DNA of 53,516 nucleotides, from positions 1 through 53,516 of the forward strand of contig JAQGDQ010001231.1 of assembly GCA_030141605.1 (NCBI GenBank), written 5' to 3'. Positions 26,281 through 36,046 of the stretch are shown here, piece after piece. Source of the stretch: Tubiluchus corallicola (taxonomy: Eukaryota > Animalia > Priapulida). Every line of letters starts with the position of its first letter. The first letter of the stretch is position 1. The notes beneath the pieces are model-generated. The model saw only the letters and a list, made by a program, of their open reading frames with translations, was not told the origin of the DNA and searched no databases. The position numbers and the translations under genes are program-made.

Positions 26281-28649
26281 TCACTGGACAATGTGAGCTG
26301 TTTCGACGTCAAACTTTTCAACTCCATGCAGGTATTTACGGGTAAACATAAGGAAAACCTCTCAATAATAATAAATTATTTTAATTTATTGAAAATAGTT
26401 GCAACACGAACCGGATTATCACAAATATTTTAAAGCAGCACTGGAGGCAAAACACGATTCGGTGTGAAAATATAGCTTAGACATTACTAACAACTACATC
26501 ACGTTAAAAACCTGACGAAAAGTTTTGACAGGCGAAAGGAAACTATATTAGCGTGACGGCACTTTTATCTCTAGCGGTGAAACACACAAACAAAAATGCT
26601 ATTACATGAGAATTTTTTTGCTCAGTTTACACAAATAATACATGACAGACAGCTAAAATAATCTTGAAATATATCAAGTAAGGACGCAATCCATTTACTT
26701 ATTAAAATGTGGCTGTATGGATAGAGAGAGAATTGTATCATAGTATGGTATTCCATTAAACTGTATGAACAATATTGCGTTGAATACTCCCCCAAATCAA
26801 ATCTGTGATTTACAAGTAAGCTGCTGGCCACAAATTTCTGGGTCTTACGTGTGCAGTAATTAGAGGCAATAAGTTTACCTGTTTGGCTAAATTTCATGAT
26901 AACTATGGGCTAGTTTGGTAGTTATTGAACAATTTTCGAACATTTTAAAAGATAACAATTGTTTTTGTGTTACCATTATAAGTTGTAACTCACAAAAATC
27001 ATTTCAGATAAATCAGTGCTAACTTATCTGAGCCTTGAGTGTCAGTCAGGACTACACAGCTCGTGCTTTTCTGCAAATGAATGAATGATTGCATTATCAA
27101 TAGTTATCCACGTTTACTTCCCAAGCACAGAAGCAAAGAACTTGGGTTTCAAGCATGATCTTTGAAATAATTGTATACTCAAGCTCAAAAATACCCGGAC
27201 TACTAAGAATACCCGGTCTACTTAGGCTCAAAACTAGGGTAAATTTTATTACAACTTTTTCCTATACGGAAAGTTTTAATATCATAGGTTCCTTCGAACC
27301 TGTTGGCCGACCCTATGAACAATTGTTATGCTTTCTATTTTCCAACGCAATAATGCACGTATGTTGCAATTTGTTAGTAAAACACTGTTTAAACTAATTA
27401 TATTCTTTGGAAAATCCCAAAATGACCAAAGCGACGAAGGCAACGTGGCACTGAGACATTCAAAAATCAGGAATAAAACGAAAACACGAATTTTAATCTC
27501 CCTGCAAGAGCGCGGCATTAGATACCTATTAGTGATGTGACGTCACTCTAAAACTTTCGCATGTTTACAATCTAATATTTTTTCATCTATCGCATATAGT
27601 GCATTGAAGCAGGGTGAACAAAGCTATTACTTGAGCTCAACATGAGAAATGCGAGCAAATAGACTCAAAATTATCCCCAATTCCAAGTAAAAGTTAATAA
27701 CCTGTAAGAAGTACTCTCACTTTACTTACTCTTTTTACAATAATTAATAATGTCATCATAGAACTGAAGTCATAAAAATTTAAACGTGCATACGAGTAGC
27801 AGGCTTATAACAGCCAAGTATTAGTAGCTTCACTAGTATTAGTAGCTGTGAATTGAATCACAGCAAGGCTAACTGCGAATCAGGTTTCAGATTACAAAAA
27901 TAATAAGCAGCAAACAAGCAAATACATGGTCGACATTTTTTGTAAAGAAAAATATTAGACTTGAAATAGTCGTTAATGTTATTTTACTGCAATTGTTATT
28001 TCTCTAAATTGTTATTATACCAATAATGGGCGTTATCTAATTATTTGCAACATGATAGCAATTTTAACATTTATGACACTTGTCCTTGCCAGAAAATTTC
28101 CCACACCAACATTTAGTCTTTCGTGACTGTTGTAAAAGCTTTTTATAGCTTGTCAATACACCAATATAAACATTACAAACATGAATGGTTACTTATTACA
28201 CTACAACTATGATTTTGTAAGAAAACAGTATTTGCATTATGTAAACGTACAAATTGGACTATAGTGCGCAATTGCACACATGTGCGGTATGGATTAAAGT
28301 CTTTGCTTAAAGCGGAAAAAAGAGAATTTTAAAAATGTATCCCAAAAAATATATTCCTTACAACGTTATATTAGTTAACGTTACACTTACCTATTTGAAG
28401 ACTTTGTGAAATTGGAAAAGAAAATTCTTAATGTTTTAAAATGTGTAAATGTTTTAACAGGTAACACAGTACTGCATCGCCATCAAAGTGTGCACCACTG
28501 GTTCATCAAAAAACACATTATTGATCTTACTGACAAAATAAAGTACACACGTTTGTTTGGTTAGTGAAGTGTATGCTACAAATGCTCTGATTATTTTGTC
28601 AAACTTTACAAAATGTTATCTAAACTTTTTTCAAACGACTTACCAGTAA

Positions 28650-31008
28650 CGCAGCTGCAACTTAAACTTTTTGAGAAAGGGCAAGAGGTTATAATAATGG
28701 GTGATTTGAATAGCCGGTTAGCTCAACTGGACACGTTTAATCAAGGCCCGGATGTATACTATGATATCAATCCTGATAATGTGAGAAATAGCCATAGAAT
28801 AAAGCTAATAAGACTGTGCACAGATAATGAAATCATACCGTTGAATCATTTATATTATTGTAGAAGAAAATTCGGTGGAGGATTATCATTTCGCATGAGA
28901 AACCGATGGATTTCTCAATTAGACTTCGCTATTGTTTCAAAAAACTAATCTCTGATATCATAGAGTTTAAAACCAACAACGACGTGATACTTCCGTCTAA
29001 TCACGCACCACTGGCGCTCTCTATAAAATGTGATCATGTGGATATCCAAAAGCTGAATAAACGTGCAGATAATTTGGGAAAATATCCTGTGAAAGACGAC
29101 ACACCAGGTTTGTGTAGAAAAATGATTCGGATATGTGACTTAGACGTTGATGCATTCCAAGAACTTATAAACAATGTACCTATTACCAATGAACTATATA
29201 CGAGTGACGCCGAAATTATATCGCAAATGTTAATCGACAGCATGTACGACTGTAGTCGAAGAGCCAAAAGACAGAACAGAAACCACGTCTCAAATAACCT
29301 AAACACAAATTAGCGTTGGTTAAGACTTAAGCTATCCGGTGGGTCGGATCACGACATCTGGAAAGCGATTAATTGGAAAGGAGAAGCAAGATCAGATGAT
29401 ACGTAAAACCGCCCTAAGAATAACATGTTTAAGATACATTTCGAAAATCTGTTAAACAGCCATACCGCATCCAACAACTTACTTGATGAATTAGAGAATT
29501 ACCAAATGTACGTCCCCGTATTAGACGACCGGTTTACAACAGAAGAGATAAAAAAAGTGATTGCAACACAAAACGCAAGAAAGAGCAGTGATCCAGATGG
29601 TATACAAACGTCTCTCTTCCGTTATTTACATGCAGAATGGATAATGGTCTTAGTAAACCGTTTGAACACAGTTTTCTTGCAGTGTGATTTCCCCTCATCG
29701 TAGTGTATATCCAAGTTTATTGTACTATTTAAAAAAGGATGTGCAGCCTCATGCGATAATTATAGAGGCATAAGTATTATACAAGCTTGTTGCAAAATAT
29801 ACAAGTGCCTGATCAACCAACGTTTAAAGTTGTGGATAAAACCGGAACCAGAAAAAGTGGGTAGCCAGGTTGAAAGAAATTCTAGCCAAATTTTGACCCT
29901 TCGATTACTGATTGACGCCGCTCGCAAAAAGAAGAGGAAAATGTTCATCATATTTATAGATTTCGAGAAGGCGTTTGACCGGGTTGACAGCGGTAAGTTA
30001 TTACGGGTATTAAAACAACACGGATGCGGTTATGTAATGTTAAGAGCTATCGCACAAATGTATAGACTGACAAAAAGCATATTGGGCGACACAGAGTTTA
30101 GTTATAACTGTGGGGTAAAACAAGGCTCACCTAGCTCAAGCCGGTTGTTCTGTTTATATGTAGATCCGCTAATAAGGGCTCTAAAAGCACTCGGTGAGGA
30201 TAGCTGGCTTCGTAACTTCCATTGTCTGCTCATGATGGATGACACGGCCATTGTGGCATCAAAGAAAAGAAAAAGTATTGAAAAGATGCTGACGTTATTA
30301 CAATTCTGCAATAACTATGGCATGAGCATGAATACAATCAAAACGAAATTTATGGTTGTAGGTGGCGATCAGCAAAACGGGGTACTGCTAACTGTTGACA
30401 ATATTGTGATAAAACACACTACCACATATACGTATCTTGGTGCTATGATAACGGAAGATGCAAAAATGAGTATAGTTATTACAAAACATCTTGAGAATAA
30501 AAATTCCGACATCTTAAAATTCCACGCATTTATCAGCAAGAACAATGACTACCCGTACTGGATAAAGAAAAAGGTTTTGAATAGCGCACTAATAGCAGGT
30601 GTCTTCTACAGTACCGAAACATGGAATACTGACTTGTAAAGCCTAACACTATATATATGGAACTCATCAAATCTTTAATGTCTGTTAAACGTGCAACATG
30701 CAATGATCTAGTGCTGTTGGAAACCGACTATCCACCTTTCTCGACATGGGCCAAGTGTAAGCAAATGCGTTCGTGGAGGAAGATGGCAAATTCTTCAGAG
30801 AAACATCAGACATTGTTCGAAGCATATGAAATAGCGAGTCAGTGTAACAGTGACTTAGCAAAATGCTTGAGCAACTTACCAACAGTCAACGAGAAAGTGT
30901 ACTGTGCACAGCAACACTACTTACTAAAGGAAAGAGTTCTGAACAGTAACTCTACCAAATGTATGGTTTACAAGGAATTTAACCCTGACTTGAAAACCCC
31001 AAACATAC
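28650..31008 (+). mobile_element. 5'-truncated, decayed non-LTR retrotransposon ORF2 (APE endonuclease plus RT), left part
   Basis: GDLN, SQLDF and SNHAP endonuclease motifs; FIDFEKAFDRV, GVKQGSP.S..LF and LMMDDT RT motifs. Broken by stops and frameshifts at about 28946, 29311, 29701 and 30637. Confidence 0.92.
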
Positions 31009-32337
31009 TATCACCTTCTAAACTTCAAATGCCTAATGTTTCTGTTAATCTAGATCGTATAGTGTAAGGTGACTTAAATCTATGTATCGTATAGATTGAA
31101 TTTTAATATGTTCGCTTAACTCCTAAATGCTATAAGGTGAATCCCTCACCTGACTCCGAGAGCTTTGGATGTCAGTCTAGTAAGCAATGATCGTCTTATC
31201 TAAACTTCACCTTGACCTTCGCGTTGTGAGAAAGGTCTATATCTCTCAAGTTTCCTAGCTATGTCCCCGCAATATGGACGATAGTTAATACAAAGCGAAC
31301 TAATCAGATTCGTATATCGGAAATAGTGCTGCTTGAGTTAAACACTGATAATATACATTAACTCAATTGTTAAATGTCCAAGAGAATTGTTTTATTGATT
31401 TACAATAATTACTGCTTAAGTATATCTTACAAGATTTAGTCCTTAAGCGCTTTTGACGCTCACAATTATTTTGTTAGCTTCACAAAAGTACCTCTCTGAA
31501 CAATTCTTCAATTCCTAATTCCTATCACCTAAGGTGTATACTTTACACTTATTCTCACTATAGTACAATGTGAACTTATAAGAACTACTAACGATATGCA
31601 CAGTTAATTCTCAGTTTTACCAATATGTTAAGAGTACTTAACTCTGCGGATTTGACCCAATGTACAATACAATATGGTCAATTCCGATAGTTGATACAAG
31701 ATTTCTCGTCGGCTCAGTGCCCAGATTATCCTAGGAACGCAGAAAGATGTCTACGCTGAACTTCAGGAGTTGTCTTGTTGATCGAATCGCCCTCCGTGTG
31801 AATTCCCGTACACGTGACTTGCTCCAGTACGTTTCGAGATGTACTGGCTGGAACTAGCACCCTGTTATCTGAACTCGGGGCTTATATTTCATTGAGGTAA
31901 CCTTGCAGTAACCTTGCACAATTTCTGCGTCGTAGGCAACATTTAAAACGTCGCATGAGGTATCAAAATTTATGGGACAAGTTTTGAAGACGCAGTCATT
32001 ATACGCCCGTAAAACGTATCCGTGTTCTTTCTTCAAAAAACAATGACCTCGCAGAGTTTCGTTAATTACTAGCAATCTGTGCATAACGCTCATTATGAAC
32101 GGTACATCCGTCTCGACTTAATGTTAGCTAATTATCTTAAGCATCTTAGAGTGTCCTGACGTAAACGCTATTCTTAGTTCTGACATCCTACGCAGTTTAC
32201 AGTTCATTAAATTCGAGCTTCTCAGCTGAGTGAGTTTCTTATCGCACGATCTGTAAATTTATTCATGCAATCAGGGAGGCAGGCATCTCTTATACCAAAA
32301 TATCGAAAATCATCGATTTATAAATTTATTCACCACA
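31009..32337 (-). repeat. 3' LTR (1329 bp)
   Basis: Direct repeat of 42605-43932; about 8 substitutions and 1 indel counted by eye. AATAAA on the minus strand at about 31391-31396. Confidence 0.96.
31854..32093 (-). CDS. 79-aa sense ORF in the U3 part of the 3' LTR (putative accessory protein)
   Basis: ATG to TAG ORF of 240 nt, identical in both LTRs. No family recognised. Confidence 0.35.
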   Translation of the reverse strand: MSVMHRLLVINETLRGHCFLKKEHGYVLRAYNDCVFKTCPINFDTSCDVLNVAYDAEIVQGYCKVTSMKYKPRVQITGC

Positions 32338-32340
32338 ACT

Positions 32341-32350
32341 TTCCTCCCCT
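32341..32350 (-). other. Polypurine tract
   Basis: AGGGGAGGAA(AGT) directly precedes the TG start of the 3' LTR. Confidence 0.9.
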
Positions 32351-32452
32351 AACACTCACCTCAGATGTAGCACGAATTTAATGATCTGATCTAAGATCTT
32401 AACTTTTGGAAGCTCCTTAATTAGATACATTAGCAACATTACATGTTACATC

Positions 32453-32641
32453 TTAATATATTATGGGACATTCCATCTTGGAGGTCATGGTGGCGGGATA
32501 CCATTGTCCATCGGGTCTTTCCGACTTCCTGGACCGGGGTTGTGATTCCACTGATCTCCTGAGATTCTTCCTCAGATACCCCTTATTGTCTTTTCCGACT
32601 TCATCTTCTTCCCGCCTTCCATTTCCAATGGTCCCATCCTT
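32453..32641 (-). CDS. Candidate spliced accessory exon between env and the PPT (basic/charged 62-aa frame)
   Basis: Acceptor tattttatgttacag at 32642-32656, then a purine-rich open frame KDGTIGNGRREEDE...RKNLRRS..RSRKSER..IY*. Confidence 0.3.
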   Translation of the reverse strand, partial: KDGTIGNGRREEDEVGKDNKGYLRKNLRRSVESQPRSRKSERPDGQWYPATMTSKMECPIIY

Positions 32642-32802
32642 CTGTAACATAAAATACATTCTGCAGTATCATAAGTTCATCATGTACAATTATTTACATC
32701 GATCCCTTTAAACCTAATTGGGTGGTTTCCCTACCATCATCCAATGTTACCAGCCTGTTATGTATATACTATCTACAATTTTAGTATCATGTCCATCCTC
32801 AC

Positions 32803-35031
32803 TTATATTTCAGTGACCCGTTCGATCCTTTTCGGGTTAGTTTTTCGGGCAGCGGGTTGGGGTATTTCCCTCAACTCCAGCTCCTCAGGGTCCTCACTAT
32901 GCCGTCTAGCTCTTTTAACCTTAATCCTGGGTTCCTGTTCTTCAGGAGTCCCAGAGGGCATGTGTCTAGTCACCTTAACAGGTTGTTCATCGTCAGTCGG
33001 GGTTTTGGTATACCTATTACCTATTCTAGGCATCAAAGAATTTAAAACCAAAAGGCCACTTCTCCTTTTCCAATAGCAGAACACTCCCACTATCAGGAGT
33101 ACGGCCACTATAGCCCCTATTAAGACCCATTTCCTAAAACCCGTTAGCCAATCTGTGGCTCCCGTCTCGTTCAATGCTCGTCGTTGTCGTTCAAGTCGTT
33201 CCCCATTTTGTTCAATGGAGGTTTTAAGGTCGTCTAAGGATAAATCGAATTGGTCCCAAGTCTGGTGGGCTGGCGGTTTTACATATTCAGGGATCATATC
33301 TACCGTACCGGGAGTTATGTTCTGTAATTCACTCAATTCTCTATAGAACCTCTCAATCATCTCACTCGTTGGCAACTCAATCTGGTCTTCTTTCAACCGT
33401 ATTTGTGAGTTCCGATAATAATAGGTGGGTAACTCAAAAGACCTCGAGTGTACCTTACACCCATTCCCAATGATTATTAACTTAGGTTCTTTAATCCTCT
33501 CCTCTGAGGATGTTATTCTATTAGTTCCAGGGCTTGGACAGGTATATGTAATCAAAGTCTCGCTAAATGGAGATACATACCAAGTCCCGGCAGTAATATA
33601 GGTAACAACGGCCTCTGGGTGTTTTATTACTTTTACCCTACGCTTGCAGGCTTCTAATGTCTTATCAGGCCGGTTATGAAACAACACGGCTGGACATGCC
33701 GTTGCGTAAGCAGTTGACCTTACTGGTACTTTTAATTGGCACGGTTCTCTACTCCTATCTAAACATAACTCCGTATCATGATTTTCGGGCAAGAAGAACT
33801 TTGTTCTTTCTATATTGATACCAAAATATTTCCTTCCAGGATTGAGGTAAATATAGCCCGAAGAATTCGGCATTATCATAGGTATAGGTACGATCTGAAA
33901 TAAATCGAACCTATCTTGATCAGGCTGCAACGATATGAGGGCTAGCACCGCATATCCTTCGGCTGTAGCCAATAGCGTGACTTCCATGGTCTCGTAATAA
34001 TATAGTAAATCTCCTTCCGGCCTTTCCGGTAAGGACAAAGTACTAGGTAATGCCTTTTGTATCTCGTACAGTGTATCTCGCAACTGTGCAGGTCCTAATA
34101 ACAGAGGCGACATTGTGCCTAGCAATAAAGTAGACAACATATCCGTTGTCTTGTGCACATTATCAGTCAACCTTCGCATTGTATTGGAAATGCGCTGCAT
34201 CAGTGCCATTATTTCAGTTAAAGCTACCATCTCATGAGTCATGATCTGGGCGTGGTATGCAAATTCCACTTTAAGATCAGCTAAATTATATTTCAGGTCG
34301 GCAGTGTCATTCTGTAATAACATTATATGCCTAGTATTTTCTTGACTCTGGATGTGCATATAATTAATTAAAGTCACAGATTTTTCAAGGATGTGCTGCA
34401 TCGATTCTTGGGAGGCCTGTATCAGATTTAGCTTTCCGGCCAGGGCTTGTATGTCTTCTTCGGTTGCAGTTCCGGTTAGGGCTTTAGAGATTTTTCCTAA
34501 AAAGGGAAGTAAACTTCGCCTCGATCGGCTTCCTCTAGCCCAACCTTCTAGATTCATCTCGGATGAAGGTTCAAGCCTGGACTTATCCTTGCTTGGGGAC
34601 AGATGACGGTTTCCTGCTCTTTCAGAGGCCAGGAGATGCGCTATATCGCTCGTCTTTTGCTCTAGCTCTTGTATCTGAGCCAGATAAGTGGAAGCAGTAG
34701 TGTTTACCAACACTGTAATAGCTTCCAGGAACCTATCCTCCTGATACTGGGTAGTGTGGGGTTCATCCACACGTCTAGCCGGGTCCCAAGAATGATTTCT
34801 TAGTATAATCATTTCTCGCTTTAGGGCTTCCAAGCAAAGTTCAACTGGGCTAATGTTCAATTGCATTAATAGGGCCCATCTAGATTGAGATACTTGGACT
34901 TCACCTCTACGTATAAAGATCGCTCCGGGGCTCGTTACTATATTGGCTTCACAGAGTACCAACATGAGACTCCCGAACATCCACAGCACTATTCTGGATT
35001 CCATATTCTGAAAAATAGGCCAAAATATCAT
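32803..35031 (-). CDS. env: Envelope glycoprotein, class I fusogen of the baculovirus-F/errantivirus type
   Basis: Signal peptide (ATG at 35031 or 35004), furin site RSRR at 34516-34527, fusion peptide SLLPFLGKISKALTGTATEEDI, heptad repeat, Cys-rich region, TM WVLIGAIVAVLLIVGVFCYW and cytoplasmic tail. Uninterrupted frame. Confidence 0.92.
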   Translation of the reverse strand: MIFWPIFQNMESRIVLWMFGSLMLVLCEANIVTSPGAIFIRRGEVQVSQSRWALLMQLNISPVELCLEALKREMIILRNHSWDPARRVDEPHTTQYQEDRFLEAITVLVNTTASTYLAQIQELEQKTSDIAHLLASERAGNRHLSPSKDKSRLEPSSEMNLEGWARGSRSRRSLLPFLGKISKALTGTATEEDIQALAGKLNLIQASQESMQHILEKSVTLINYMHIQSQENTRHIMLLQNDTADLKYNLADLKVEFAYHAQIMTHEMVALTEIMALMQRISNTMRRLTDNVHKTTDMLSTLLLGTMSPLLLGPAQLRDTLYEIQKALPSTLSLPERPEGDLLYYYETMEVTLLATAEGYAVLALISLQPDQDRFDLFQIVPIPMIMPNSSGYIYLNPGRKYFGINIERTKFFLPENHDTELCLDRSREPCQLKVPVRSTAYATACPAVLFHNRPDKTLEACKRRVKVIKHPEAVVTYITAGTWYVSPFSETLITYTCPSPGTNRITSSEERIKEPKLIIIGNGCKVHSRSFELPTYYYRNSQIRLKEDQIELPTSEMIERFYRELSELQNITPGTVDMIPEYVKPPAHQTWDQFDLSLDDLKTSIEQNGERLERQRRALNETGATDWLTGFRKWVLIGAIVAVLLIVGVFCYWKRRSGLLVLNSLMPRIGNRYTKTPTDDEQPVKVTRHMPSGTPEEQEPRIKVKRARRHSEDPEELELREIPQPAARKTNPKRIERVTEI

Positions 35032-36046
35032 AGCCTTAAAATCTGGACTCACTGTACGTTTAACTCAATTAAATATTCTCTTATTCTTCAGGTTAGGGGA
35101 CTTTTCCTCCCCCTAGAGTGGCCCTAACCTCTTTCATGAATTTAGTAAGCTATTAAGTTCTAGCCTTACTATTCATTGTTAGATCTACTGCGCGTAGGCA
35201 GGTATTAGTTCTCGATCCAATTAGAGATCAAGCATCTCAAGAGTTCATAACTATACTAAACCGCTCGCTAACAGTTTCTGATCTATCCACTTTAATCTTT
35301 AAATTTATTTCGCATGCGTTGCCTTCAATTCTATTTGAATCAAGGACTTTCCTCTTTTACATAGCGCTGCGTGCATTTACACTTCCGAAGCAATGCTCAA
35401 GATATTTGGCCCTTATCAATGGCTACGTATATCTTATGTTAACCACTGTGCACGGTGATTGGCAAACACTACTCTCGGTAGCATAATCTATTATATTTAT
35501 GTCTCAAAGTTCTATTATTGTCTCTTATAGGTCGGGTTCCCATCTGTTCGCATTCTACTCATTCCAACCATTATTCTTTATTTAACCTCACTTTATACTA
35601 CGTATTATACATAATTTTCCCTCTTTAATCATTTAATTCATTTTTATTTTTATTTTCTTCTAGACCAAGCTTTGACAGTATTCTTCAGTGACCCCTATAC
35701 AACACAGCATCTCATGTTAATGGTCACACTTGTTCGTGCTGCCCTCTGTAGTCTGGCGAGTTAGTTGGCCACCTAACTCTGCCAACTACGCTTGACCTAT
35801 TTCTTATTTCTAGTTATATTTCCTATACTGCGCTGTTCACTACCTTAGCTGCGCTACGACTCCTTCTGTGCCCTCAGGCACTTAACTTTCACTTTCTCTA
35901 CAGCTCTACTTATGAGGTCATTATACTAATGCAAACACCCGTACTCTATTTAAACTTTCACTTTCTAAGCCAGCGTCTCCAAACGCTGAGCCAACCCTCA
36001 GGTTTCTTAGCCTGGGTTTTTATTTGAGACATTGTTATAACTCGTT

